The notes: generated by a model from the sequence alone, not told the origin. Shown: positions 24,329 through 36,887, counted from the stretch's first letter. The stretch: DNA of 38,081 nt from Pelomyxa schiedti (GCA_020536535.1 JAHLWZ010000959.1:1-38081), one strand, 5' to 3'. Numbers and translations: made by a program.

Positions 24329-24495
24329 TTTGTGCACCAGTTTGGTAGTTTGCTTGTGTTCGCTGCCACCAAATTACCCTCACTCCTGTGTGTTTAGTTG
24401 CTTGATTTTTTTTTATGTGGACTGACCACAATTTGATTTATTTGAATTTCAACAACGATGATGCACACATAAGGTTTTTTTGGCAAGTGTCCTTT

Positions 24496-27400
24496 TCAGG
24501 TGTCTAGTAACCAGGCAAGGGACTGCTCCAGCCACACGAATTTGTGTTGTTTCGCAATGCAACGGAACAGCTGCAGCCTGAGGTTTGGTTAGTTATTTGC
24601 TGAGAGTGAATGTGGAATCGGTACTTGTGCATAAGTTGCTCCGAATTTTCAAAAATGTCATATGAGGCAGAACAGCAGGTCGCACAGCGTGGAAGAACTA
24701 CTTCCGCTTTGATTCCGCGGCATTCTTTGCAGTATAAATCTTGTGTGGTATACCCATGGCGCCACTTCTCCACGGTCTCAACGAGAGACGCTTCGATCAA
24801 CGACTTGTTATATCTGTTTTATGTACCTTAGGTATGTAGTTGTGTTCCGATAATTAGTACTTGTGGTTACACATGGGGCACAACCACTCCGACTTCATCA
24901 CGCATGGATCACGCAGCAGGTCTATGTCCCTGTATTTAATCATGCAATTGAACCAAATTTGGGTAAGTACCTGCAGTCATTGCAGTAGCTACAAAATACA
25001 TCTTGAATGACATAAGAATTGTGAGAGTTGTCAAACTGTGCCTCAGAAGCAAATTCTCCAACACCAAGGAGTTTAAGAAGATTCTTTCCCATGGTGAGAC
25101 AATAGGGTAAAGGGACAAGACACAAACTATTTTTAGTTGATGTAACTCTTTTTCAGCGTTCTTATCAAAAGACAACACATAGCAGACACTTTTCGCAAAT
25201 AGAAGAGCTGTCTCTAACGGCTTCTCATTTCTATCACGAGAGTTCTTGATATCTAAGTTGTGTGACACACAATTAGAGGGTGGATCTCTACAACCTTTTA
25301 CGAGGCCAATAAGTCCTTGCACAAAATCCTCAGGAAGACTAATCACGTCTGACTTGGAGTTTGCTACGGCAGTAGGAGAACCGGAAGCTCTGAGGGCAAG
25401 ATACTTGGTCACCATGAGTTCGAACCAAGACTGCAAGCGTTTGTCTGGTAGAGAGTGGGCAATGTTCCAGTGGGCAATTGGTGGTTCTACTAAAAGGATG
25501 TGAATTAACTCGGGATGATCAAATTAAGGTACCTGGATTTCCTCTGTCACAATTGTCTGCTGGTTTTTGCAGAATCCCTCCGTAATTGTGAAGATCAACA
25601 AATAACAAGGATTCCCAATAATGCACAGGAGTTAAGTCAAGCAGTATAACAAGTTCCGAATGGTTTTTTTTCAATGCCTCCAGGCAAAAGGTGAAGTACT
25701 CTGAGGCATCCTGCCGCGATGCCTTATCGGTGTTGATAATTATCTTCTTAAAGTTCGCAAAGACTATTCTTGAGCCTAGTTTTCGGAATTCCAGTAAAAG
25801 TTGCATGAAGGCCTGACAATGGGTGTGGGATGCGAAGTACATAGTTAAAAATGGATTGAAATGCAATTAACATCAACCTTTTTCATCAAACCATGGAAGT
25901 GCTGGTGGATAAGTGGATCATACAAGTAGGCACGTGGAGCAGAAATCCACCTGAAATTTGATTGAGCTGGGAGGCATTCACACCGGATTTCACACAAACC
26001 GATAAAATTGGTCCAGAAGTTCCTCGGCAATGGGGTTGTCAGTTTCACCCAAATCCTTGAACCACATTAAGACCAATTCTCTGAGCACTTTGAACTGCCG
26101 CGAAACATCATTCAAGCAGTCAGATACACTCCCGTGTGCGACGGAAAGTGTAGTATCACTACCAACCCGGAGGGCCGAAGTTGCGTTTAGCTGTATCAAA
26201 TAAGAAGCACGTGGATTAATTTTTGGGAAGGTGCTGTGATACCTCTGATGCAAAAATCTTATCCACTTGAAGGACGGTGTTGATAGCCAAGCCACTTAGA
26301 TTGATTTCAATGGAAATCGTGTCATAGTAACCAGGTTCACATATCTCAGGGTTCACGGTTTCATTTCCTAATTTAGATTATCTGAGTTCTTGGGGAGCAC
26401 CAGAGATGTATCTTTAATACCGCTGGTATCGTCATTTTCAGCTCCACCCAAATCCGGTTTATTGTTGCCAGAAATCCACAGAAGACATTGATTTTTCCTC
26501 AAAGCCCTGGGTGCGTAGGTTTTCAGTGGTTAAGAAATTTCACTCAAATCCCAACCGAGCAAAAAAAATGTCAGCCAAGAAACCGAAATTGTCGTTCTCG
26601 ATGTTACCAAGAGGAATGTTCGCATAAAGTGCATACTCGAGTTGACGTTTTATCCAAGGCTCCACTTCACTGGACAAGGCCTCATTAAAAAAAAAAAGAC
26701 TACGAAAGTGTACCAGAAGTTTTTGTGCATTCGGCCAAGGGCAAAGGTCTCCCAGCCCAAGGCAGGAAAATTTGCATCATTGCTGTTAAATGGCATTCTT
26801 ATTGTGCAGAAACAAGTTGTGGTAGGTATGTCTTTGTGAAGTTGTCTCTGGTCAACATTTGACTGACAAATCTGAAAAAAATTATTGTGTGGCAGCAAAA
26901 GCATATTTTTCCATAGAAAAGTGACCAACCAAAAGTGCATTATTCATTTCAAGGCTTTCAATAAGGAGATTGCTGATTTTCTTGAATGCTGCAGACTTAT
27001 CTTTCAAAACTTTGCTGTGTTTTATCTAATGGGGGCTCAGTGGAGTTAATCCTGAGGCACGCAACCAACATACCACAACAGGCATGGCTTTCGTGAAGTT
27101 GACAGGATTGTTGAAAGGACTTGCCACAAATACACTTGCTGAGTTATCCATTAGACTGAATAACCCTATTGTTGTTCTTGTATCGCATGTCACATAGTAC
27201 AAAAACAATTTCCTGTGAATTTTGAGTGGGAAAAGAGGACAAAAAGGGAAAATGGTTTCTGAGATACTTCAAATTTGAATAATTTGCAAGGTACTCAGAA
27301 TGGGGACAGGATTCAAAAGAATCAAGATCGTACAGTTGCCTAGATCCACTAGGAACCTGAAGGAATACCATGAGTCATTTACCAGATGACAATGTACACA

Positions 27401-30400
27401 TACCTGGCATACAGAACCGACGGACATAAGACAGCGGAAGAGCAGTGGAATGTGGCGTTCATAGATTCCCTCTATCTGTGGGCTGCTGATTAACTCGGAG
27501 ATTATCTGAGAAGAAAAAGGTGAACAAAACAAAGGAAGATTGCAGGGTTGAAACTCGACCTTGGGATTTGAAGTATATTGGCTCTCAGCGAGCTTTACTT
27601 CATGCATGAAATATGAAGGTTTCCCACGTGGAGGTTCCAGAGACACTTTTTTCAAACTTTTGTCTTCCACAGTGCTGTTTACATAAAAGATCCGCGGAAC
27701 AGAGACACGCAAAGAGTCAATCTTGGAACCACCAGTGATGACCCAGAATGTAAATTCCCCAAGGCCCGCTTCTTTCTCAGAAATGAGTGTGTTTCGTCAC
27801 GGAAAGATTGTCTTTCATTTACCTGTGATTCTCAGCACTTGCAAAGGCTTGTTCACTGGCTCATGGCTGATAAACTTTGACAGTGAAAGTTGAACAACCC
27901 GTCTATGATCTTCGTTTTCACCAACGTCATCACTGTCACTGTCATCCTCGTTATTTTCTGCTTCCAAATTTGGCCGTTCATTCACTCTACGACGTTTGAC
28001 CTCATCGTCCACTGTGGGGTCATCTTCTTGCCGTTTCCTTAGTTGCAGGTCAACAGGCCACGAAAGAAAATCATGTTGCAATTTCATACCGCTTCCGGGC
28101 AATATTGTCATCCTCTGCATCCTGAGGTGGGGGTGCCACAAGGCTTTCAATATCTACTTGAATGCGTCTGGTGAACATATCAATTTTCTTTTGGGTGCGC
28201 TCAGAGGCTAAGTCGTGGTGCTGTTTCAAAAGCCAATCAGGGTGCTCGATTCTAGGGACTGGGTTCGAAACTCCTTGTAGGGATGCAGGTATAGTTATAA
28301 TCTAAATGAAGTCTGAGATGGAATATGGGCCACAAAATGGGAAGTACTTTTTGTATCGTAGATTCGAGCCTGGTCCAATAGTACTCCCAGTCAAGCATCA
28401 ATCTCAGTGGCTCATCCGAGCCAATCCATTTGGTCAGGTATTCTTGTCTTTGACACATTAAAAAACAGGGTGCATCTTTCATACTGGAAGCCATCCAAAC
28501 CTCACTCTGGGATCAGCAGCAAATATGGCCGTTGGAATGGCTCGTTCTGTAACTTTTGCTCCATTCGGTTTCTGAAAAAAAAAAAAACTGTGATTTACTG
28601 TGGGTTCAGAAATTGGAATACTTTGGATATCACATAGGCGCACTTGAGACCTTTATCTTGTACAACTTGTTCTCCAAGAAACTCAGCCAACCGCTTTGCA
28701 GTGGTAACTTGTGTTGTCTTTTTTGATTAAAAACCAGAGCACATGGGGGGAGGAACTTCTTCAATTACCTTGGCAGCACCATACGACTTGAGTTGCCTGG
28801 ACATGTTTGAACTCTCAGTGAGCAAGTCCAAAAGATATTCGTCAGAGAGATTATTTTCCTCCATAGGCTTTTTCCCTGTTCAGAATTTTAACCCAGGTTC
28901 GCTCAATAGCTATCCATCCATCTATCTACTCTCTATCGTGATGAATAAATGAATGTATGACCTTGTTCCAGGATATCTAAGAAGTGGTTTGCCACGTTGG
29001 CTGCTGAGTGGTACGTTTCTTCCAAGGAACTGCCGTTTAGGAACTCCTTGAAAACCTGAAACGCAATTAACGGGGGTAGTCTTGAAAGTTTGAGGGTTCT
29101 CTACTTCACTCTGGAAATTTTTGATCAGTTTGAGCTCTCCTCTTCGTTTAAGTTCAAATCCTTTCAGCTCTGCATAATCCCCCGAGTTTGTCAAAACTAC
29201 ATATCTTTTCTTCAACTTTTTGTCTGGAGGGAAAGAAAAATCAGTACAGGAGATGGAAGCCAACAATCGACCTTTTTCCTTTGAAGCTGGAAGACAGATA
29301 GCCCTGTAAGGCCCGTCGACTTCAAAGCCAATTGTACATTCCGTGAACAGTTTATAAGTGCCATTTGGTTGGAGAAGTTGGTACTGAGGATTTGCAAACT
29401 CCAAATAGATATTTCGGTTCAGCACAGTGCAAGGAAAGGAAAAATTATAACTGGAGGGGGTGGAAAGAAGAAGCATGATAAGTCGTCTGGAAGAGGCAAA
29501 AAAAGCATACTTTCTCTCAGGGGTTTTAAGGGTATAGTTGGCTGGGAACGACTTGGGAAAGATGCACCAGATACCATCAGTATCAAGCTCAAGTGGTCTG
29601 CCAACGTTGGAAATGAACTCTCGTGCCTTTGTGATGATTTGGAACCCAGTATGAGTTACTTTTTTCGAGGTGTTTTTTTTTTTTTTTTTGTTTTCTTGGT
29701 TATTGGAACATTCAATTTGTTGTGGGAGAAAAACCTATTCCAGCCATCTCCATGGACCTCCAACGAGCACCTTTCCTCATGACGTATCCATAAAAGGAGT
29801 TGAGAATGCATTTGTGGGCAAGTTGCTGTGAGTCGTACAGAATAACCATCCCAACTGCTTCTGCGATTTTATCGGTGTTTCCTTCCTGTGAGGTTTCTTC
29901 AGTCAACAAAGGGATGGCGACAATGAGAAGGAACCTTTATGGCTTGTTCCCTCTTCCCACACCATGTCTTGTGTAAGTTTTTGTACTGGTACCTTAGGTT
30001 CACTGTGAGAATGGGGTTGTTGCGTTTGAGTAGTAGTGTTGTGTTAAGTGTGTAGGGCACCTTCGATCACGAAATGCGCGGACCGTCTCCACATAGAAAG
30101 GTGTTTCACGCATGCATACAGTCTCTTCTCGCATTTCAGTTTGTGTCATGAGCCGTTTCCCATATGCTGCATGCAGTCAATTGTCTGTGGTGCAGTTGTA
30201 TTTCACCAAACCTTTTGAACAATAAACTGTAATCCTCTCTTTGAGCTTCTTCACTTGCTCCTCAGCTGGAAGTTCATGATACAGAAGTTTTTTTGTTCCC
30301 ACCATGAAGCCTTCAACAAGTCAAAAGGCAAAATAGAGACGGAGACAAATAAATACTCTCAGTGCTGATTTGGGCTCGTAGAGATTCATATTCTTGTCTT

Positions 30401-33400
30401 GTTGCCCGGAAACATTCTCCTCTCCATTGCCATGAAAGTTTCTTTTTGCTATCAAAGAGTTACATGAATAATTTCTCTTACTTTCAGACCATCTATTCTC
30501 TGCCTTGTTATGGATACAGGCAGCGCATATTTCATCATTAGTTATGGCATGTGGCTGAAGCCTGTTGGTGATTATAATGTTGGGATACATTGCAGCCACA
30601 TCGACGTGCACGAGTGTAGGACACTCTTCACGCCTTGCCACCCGACCATCATCACTTACCCCAACGGAAGCGAGTTGATCAAGCAGGCGAGTTATGTCAC
30701 TGTGTACCTTCAAACTTTTGGTGAATTTCCCAGGGGTTACGGGATACAGATTAAAAAGAGTTCACCTCCGCCCGGTTTGAGATAGAGTTCGGATCTAAGT
30801 CAGCCTCTTTGGCTGCAAATAAAATCACTTCATCAACGTCAGCAATAAGCTGAGCATGAAACAGATTAAGCTGGGGTTGAAGGATAAAAAGTTATAAATT
30901 ACTTTTTTTATTGTGCCAACATCCAAGCGAAATCGAGTGGGAAGGTCACAGCGAAAGATGCCTGATGAGAAATTGTTGGTGTTGCACAAAGAAAATATGC
31001 GGTACCTGATTCTAAACTCTCGACATGACCACCAACATAGGTCTCACTATCCAAAAGATGGTCTTTATGAAATTGCACTGGATTTGATTTGTTTTTATTG
31101 GGGTAGATGATTTTGGCTTTATAGGCTTCCACCTTAAAACAAGTTACAACAAAAAAAGGGATCAAGAAAAAATACAAACCATAAGAAGATTTTCACACAG
31201 TGTGCCTGATCCCTTTCTGAGTACGTCATCAGGGTTTAGCGGGATGATTGTGCACAATGAGAATATGAAGGGGTATATGTGCTAGTGGGCATCAGTGGTT
31301 TCCCTCGAGAATGGAAAAAATCCATGAGATGCAACCTTGATAAAGAGATAATATGTTGAAACAGCATCAGATACTGAGTAGGAAGCAAGTTTGACAGGTT
31401 CTTCAGAGGCCAGGCGCGTCATATCTTCTGGGTCCAGTTCCAATGGGTCAAATCCAAGTTTTGCTTTTGTAACTGCCTTGAGAAAATTGAACCCAAGAAA
31501 TATGAAGGGAAAAACCAGTTAGAAAAAACTTCAGTGGTCATGTACAGGCTTACTTTTAAACCATGACTACCGTGGGGTAGGTAGCTATCCCGCTGCACCC
31601 AGCAGAAACAATCCAAGTGGGAGGAATAACGAGATGTGTAGCACTCCTCCTTTGCATTGAACTTCACACCAATGGCTTTTTCCATTGGCATCCCATTAAT
31701 TGTTGCTCGTGCATCAATGAAGGGCCAGTCAAAAAAGTCACCGTTGAATGTGACAAAAATCAGTGGTTTCACCTCAGCAATGTGATCAAAGAATCTCTTG
31801 AGAAGTGCTTTCTGTCAAACAAACAAACAAAAAAAAAAGCCTTCAATGTGCAGCTAAAGTGTTGAGATGCCTTGTTCACCTCATCAGGGGCATTGAAAAC
31901 TTGGAATGGTCCCTCATATTCAGGTCTGGGAGTAAACTCAAAATCTTCAATATCTTGGCTAACAATGCTCCGATTGATGATGAGGTGCCCCTGCCTGTTG
32001 AACATGTACGAAATCATCATTATTTGATCTGTTTCACTGTCGGGAAACTGTAAAAAAGGGAGTAGGTATTTGAAACTACTCCAAAGCAAAGAAATTGCCA
32101 GAGGGATGAGTGAATTACTTTGAGTGGCATCTTTGTTGTCTCAATATCAAATGCCAGAACAGAGAGATCTGGACGTTTGGAGACCATTTGCGGGCATCCC
32201 GAGAGTTGGAGGAGGCCTTCATCAAAGGAAATATTGTACCACGTCCCAGAACGCAGATCTGTAGTGTTTAATTAATACTTGCTGCTACCAAGCCACCAAA
32301 TTGTCTCACCTTTGTCAATTGTAACTCTTGTGTAGTATGGGATATCATACTCCCTTATGTCATCAATGAACTGGAGATATGAAGATATATGCCGATTGCT
32401 TGAAGAACTACTGTAGAATCTTTGAGACAACCGTATAAAAACTGCAAGTCCTCACTCACCTGGTGGTTGAAAATGCATCATAAGCATGGGACATCTCTGT
32501 CCTCTGTTTGTTTGCTTGTATAATGGGGTCCAGTTCACTTCTTATGCGCACAAGAGTGGGAACTGCCAAAAAATTGACTTTCATGCATTTTTTCCTGAGT
32601 CCAGACAAGTGGTTTTTCTGGAAAAGCCCTGTGAGTGTGTGCAGTGAGTATCCCGGACCCTCGATACCAAGGTGAGGTCTTCTTTTTCCACACATTCCAT
32701 GCTCTCAATTGACGTTTCATAAGTCCTTCTGAGTTCAGCTTCAACTTCCCTGTAGTATTGCTCCTGGAGGAAGTAGTTTAACAATCTCTGTTAAGGTTTG
32801 AAAAAGGAACCTGCACAATCAAGTAGAAGTAAGGCATGAACAGCAGAGACACTTTGAATGTTTCTTTTGTGGAGCTGATGAAGTAACAATCTACAGCACT
32901 TCGAACTTTCAAAGCTTCATCATCTCGTAAAAGGGTCTGCGTCGGGAGATATCAATTTGAGGGGATGATGGCAATGTTGGAAAACACGCAGGAATCTCTT
33001 CTTTTGACACACAACACCAAGGAGGGAGCAGCATTTGGTACACACTGGGTGAACGTTCAACAGGTATCCAATCCTCGCATCGCCGGATGGGATTCTCGGA
33101 AACCCCATCAGCAAATCCACCTTGTCTTCCTCAGCCACCTTCAGCAGCAATCTTTGGGTGGCCTCATCACCAACACCCCCACTTCCACCACCTCCTCCTC
33201 GTCCCACAGAGCCACCGGACGACGGCTGCGTCGTTGCGCGTGTGGATCTCGTCCATTTCGCCCTTCCTCTCCCGAAACTCCCGATTGGTCCCGTCTTTGA
33301 TGCTGTGGCTCCCCTCCCTCCTCCACCCCTCCCTGCACCCCCACCTCCTCCTTTGTAGATCCCCCCCGCACCCCTCGTGCCGTGTGAAGAAACGAATGGT

Positions 33401-33571
33401 GAAGATCTGCCACGTCCCCACTGCGGCTTGTTGGTCGTCGTTGCCCCTGCAGTTTTGTTTGCATTAATGAGCCAAATGGAAAAAAGAAACGCCAACACCT
33501 TGCTTTGTGGGGCAATTTTGAGCATAGTGGCCCACAGCACCACACGAGTAGCACGTGTTCGTGTTTGACAT
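24496..33571 (-). CDS. POLE: DNA polymerase epsilon catalytic subunit, dozens of short introns
   Basis: Exo [10 protein letters not shown], Exo [23 protein letters not shown], motif [11 protein letters not shown], motif [15 protein letters not shown], motif [25 protein letters not shown]-terminal CSYCNDC and QDLYCKEC Cys motifs. Ends WLLDT*. Confidence 0.97.
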
Positions 33572-33821
33572 GTTCACCCGGCAAAGCTGATCAACAATTT
33601 CGCCGGAAAGTCTGTAATTACTGGAGTTCAATCTTTCCACTCCAGGGTCTGGGGTTTATTTTAACCTGCATTTCTCTCGTATCTGACAAGGGGCTGGGAT
33701 CACAGCTGCCTTCGCATTTCACAAACAGTCCAAGTTGTGGGCGGTTGTGCAAGTTGCCCCCCAAGTTCGACAACCCAAATGTCGCCAACCTTCAAAACAC
33801 TTCTGTGTTGGTTGTAAAGCA
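33572..33821. promoter_or_regulatory. Putative bidirectional promoter between POLE and the astacin gene
   Basis: Divergent start codons 250 bp apart. Position only; no specific motif identified. Confidence 0.45.
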
Positions 33822-35780
33822 ATGTCAGACAGGGAGGCTATCGAACACAACGAGTCCCTACCCAACGCTTCAGCAGCGGTAACACCCGAAGCTCTAAATC
33901 GCGAGGACACCGAGGCAGAACCACACGACAATCCAGATAACGAGGTACTCTCTTCACCGCCACAACATCAACAACTTCCCCCCAGTCGCGTGTGGCAGAG
34001 CGCCGCCCACTTGATCTGGTATCTGTCCATCGTCGTAACCCTAGAACGTCGCGCAGAGGAGCGTGGGCGACTCGTTGTACAAGAATCAAGTACCTCCCAC
34101 GAGATTGTTGAGCACACAACGGTACAGCAGGATCACGAACGGAATCATAACGAGAACCCTCCTGTGCGTGAGGGAGTGACAGGAGGGGGGAGGGGGGAGG
34201 AGGTACGAGAGGGGCACTCCTACCCCCCCGTTCCCGCCCCTTCCTCCCTCTCCTCCCTCTCCTCCCATTCCCCCCATCAACATAAACGTGAACATGACCA
34301 CCAACACACCCATAACCGCAAACATTGTCAGAAGCGAGGGGCACAATACAGCGAGAGTCAAGTGCGGAAAATGGCTCTTAGGGATCCCACTGTCTGGGAG
34401 TGGTTGTCCCCTGGGAGGGGCGAAGTTGTAAAGAGTGTGGAAGTTCAAGCCACCCACCCCCTTTGCGCACACCCTGTCACAATTTATGTGGATTTGGTGC
34501 GGAGTTCTGACAACCCATCCAAGATCATTCCGCTGTGTCAGGGTGATATATATGTACCCCTACGCTGCTTGAATGGAGTGCAATTCGATGAGGGAAGTGC
34601 TGACGCCTCTGAGTTCTCTTTTGGGGGCTCTGTGGAAATGGGAAATCTCTGGCCGGATGGAGTGTGGTATTATTGTCTCGACCTGGATAGTCTCACACCT
34701 AGGCAGAGAGAGCAGCTGGAACTGCAGATAGCAGAGACCTGTAGGACTTCTGATCAAGCTATAATTTTGGAGGAGATGGAGAAAGTTCGATTGACGGACT
34801 CACAAAAGTCGACCATCAGAGAGGGCATCAGGCTCATCACCGAGTACCAACAATCAGTGAGAATTCTAGAGCAACCAACTGACATTCCTGAGGCTCCTCA
34901 CTGTGTGATTTTTGTTAACGAGGAACGTTCATGGAGCCTGATCGGGATGTGTGGCCTAATTCAGAGAATTGCCGTGATGAAATCTTCTCCTGCCGGAAGT
35001 GTGGCTCACGAAATTCTGCACAGTCTTGGATTCTACCATACGCAAAGCCGCTATGACAGAGACAGCTATATCAGAATTGACTTTAGCAATATTCAACCGA
35101 AAAAAGAGCTCAACTTCACTATGCACGCAGATGCACTGGATGTAAAGCAGTACGATTACTCTTCCATCATGCACTATGGGGCTTATGCTTTTGCCCTCAA
35201 CAAGAAAGAGAAGACTATTTATGTCCTTGATGGGGTCAAGCAGGAAATTGGGCAGCGCGATGCTCTCAGCGCTGGTGACTTAGCTTCCCTGGCTACACTC
35301 TACCCAGGAACCGTAAAGTGTACATTTGGTGCCACGGCCAAGGAATTCAAGCAGCAGGCTTGGTTCAAGTGCATGACTTGCTGGGGAGAAGGGCGCTACG
35401 GCTGCTGCATGGCCTGCTCATTGGATTGCCACCGAGGTCATACAATAGTTTCAATGCCCCCAATGGCTTCCTACTGTGATTGCGGTGCATGCAGCCACCG
35501 CTACAAGTGCACACGATTTACATCAGACCAAAGGAAAGTGGTGCAGCCCGCAGCATCCTCAGTGGATGGCACCTTGGTGTGTGTACACTGCTACAGGTTG
35601 TGTCCCCGGCATCGCCCCAGATACCCAGAATCCACATTTCCGGTAAAGGAGTTCTGTTGCAGCTGCACCTGTTCTGGTGGTGATGAAGAACAAAACCCTT
35701 CATTCCAAGCAGAGGTGGTCAAGCACATGGATGTTATTGATTCAACTCCAACTGCCTCTGGAGGGTGTGTGCTGTGTTGA
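33822..35780 (+). CDS. Astacin-family (M12A) zinc metalloprotease with C-terminal UBR-type zinc finger(s) and CaaX-like end
   Basis: QGDI pro-motif, LWPDG, HEILHSLGFYHTQSRYDRD (from 35007), YDYSSIMHY Met-turn, IGQRDALS. Then CTF...QAWFKCMTC...CCMACSLDCHRGH...YCDCG. Ends GGCVLC*. One continuous ORF. Confidence 0.9.
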   Translation: MSDREAIEHNESLPNASAAVTPEALNREDTEAEPHDNPDNEVLSSPPQHQQLPPSRVWQSAAHLIWYLSIVVTLERRAEERGRLVVQESSTSHEIVEHTTVQQDHERNHNENPPVREGVTGGGRGEEVREGHSYPPVPAPSSLSSLSSHSPHQHKREHDHQHTHNRKHCQKRGAQYSESQVRKMALRDPTVWEWLSPGRGEVVKSVEVQATHPLCAHPVTIYVDLVRSSDNPSKIIPLCQGDIYVPLRCLNGVQFDEGSADASEFSFGGSVEMGNLWPDGVWYYCLDLDSLTPRQREQLELQIAETCRTSDQAIILEEMEKVRLTDSQKSTIREGIRLITEYQQSVRILEQPTDIPEAPHCVIFVNEERSWSLIGMCGLIQRIAVMKSSPAGSVAHEILHSLGFYHTQSRYDRDSYIRIDFSNIQPKKELNFTMHADALDVKQYDYSSIMHYGAYAFALNKKEKTIYVLDGVKQEIGQRDALSAGDLASLATLYPGTVKCTFGATAKEFKQQAWFKCMTCWGEGRYGCCMACSLDCHRGHTIVSMPPMASYCDCGACSHRYKCTRFTSDQRKVVQPAASSVDGTLVCVHCYRLCPRHRPRYPESTFPVKEFCCSCTCSGGDEEQNPSFQAEVVKHMDVIDSTPTASGGCVLC

Positions 35781-36096
35781 CCAGGCACTGAAGAATTTTA
35801 TTTAAACTGAAGGTTTCGTTGTCGCTTGCTGGTTTTATTTTTCAACCCCCTGGCGTGGTGTCAAACAAAATGGTAAACTGGTGTGGCCAGTCAGACCTGT
35901 AGTGCCATTCAGCTGTTTCTGAACAGGTGGTCAAGTGATTTACTCCCTGGAAGCAGCATCAGGGTTGGTTTTTTTGTTATGTGTGTGTTCGTTTTAGAAG
36001 GCAGGTAAGTGGTGTAAGTTCAGGTTATGAATGAAAAGGAGAGAATAACTTACATTAATTGAGGTACAATCACGTGGTGGGAACGGCGGTTGTTGA

Positions 36097-36164
36097 GAAT
36101 GAAATCGTTGGCTCCAGCATTCGTTGTCATAGAATCCACATCAGACATCATATCTGGATCAAAG
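36097..36164 (-). pseudogene. Degenerate inverted fragment of PFDN5 exon 3 (copy A)
   Basis: Reverse complement atgtctgatgtggattctatgacaacgaatgctggagccaacgatttcat vs the gene's atgtctgatgtggacaccgtaacagtgaatgttggagccaactatttcat. Translates MSDVDSMTTNAGANDFI vs MSDVDTVTVNVGANYFI. Confidence 0.8.
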
Positions 36165-36270
36165 GGTGGCTGTTTTTTGGTCAAATTCCTGTAAAAACAG
36201 CCGCCCCTTTTTTTGGGCGGCTGTCCTATCAAAACCATGTGCAAAACAGCCGCCCCAAGGGGCGGCTGTC
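36162..36270. repeat. Cluster of acagccgccc inverted repeats forming GC-rich hairpins
   Basis: gggtggctgttttt...aaaaacagccgccc; acagccgccc-ctttttt(t)-gggcggctgt; acagccgcccc-aa-ggggcggctgt. Confidence 0.85.
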
Positions 36271-36341
36271 TGAAGTACTTCAGGAAGTGGTGGGCATGAA
36301 AGGAAAATCATTGAACAAACAACAGTGTAGTACAATGTTAA

Positions 36342-36870
36342 CTGGCTGCAACAGACCTACATACCCCCGTATTTGTTGTTGATTTGAAAGTAACACACCG
36401 CACTACTAGTAGTACAGTCTCTGATACACACGATGTTGTTTTCGTCTCCTGATTCGTTGAAGTTCACAGTCCAGGAATGTACATTGCATTTGGGCGGTTA
36501 ATACCCTGGGGGTGGAGGGGGCAAAGAGTTCTTTCGCCCGGCAAATTTTAGCTCTCGCCTAGCATAAATTAGTTGGTGTTCTGTTGTTATCTTCGACTTT
36601 CATTGATCCGCAAAATCTTGGGGTTTTCTGAAAGTATTAGAGCAGTGAGTTCACCATCATAGACTTAAAGCAAAGTAAACCATCTTGAGAAGTTCCTTCT
36701 GCCTCTTTTACTACAGGATCGTCAATAATCGTCAATAACACTATTAAAAAGTTAAACATGGCTTTCAAAGATTTAATCATACAAGGTAGGATACACTAAT
36801 ATGCTATACTTTGCGTTGTAAGGATTGCATAGCCTAGAATTGAGCCTGCATGATTTTGGCTTTTTTAAGG
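36342..36870 (-). repeat. Non-coding block, copy 2 (inverted relative to 1491-2252)
   Basis: Reverse-complement match to 1491-2252, with a private 10-bp tandem duplication (atcgtcaata x2, ~36718-36737). Confidence 0.93.
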
Positions 36871-36887
36871 AGGCATGAGCAAAGTTA

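Noticed and set aside
32920-33543. Hydrophobic signal-like N-terminus on POLE in the ORF track ([12 protein letters not shown])
   Set aside because: Read-through of the 52-nt intron 1.
24496-33571. Intein, inactive polymerase, or non-canonical/minor introns in POLE
   Set aside because: Catalytic motifs are intact, no intein-sized insertion is present, and all junctions I checked are GT-AG (not every junction was checked).
1491-36870. Polinton/Maverick or giant transposon bounded by TIRs with a B-family polymerase
   Set aside because: The polymerase is the cellular, intron-rich Pol epsilon. No integrase, capsid, packaging ATPase or transposase was seen, and no TSD was identified.
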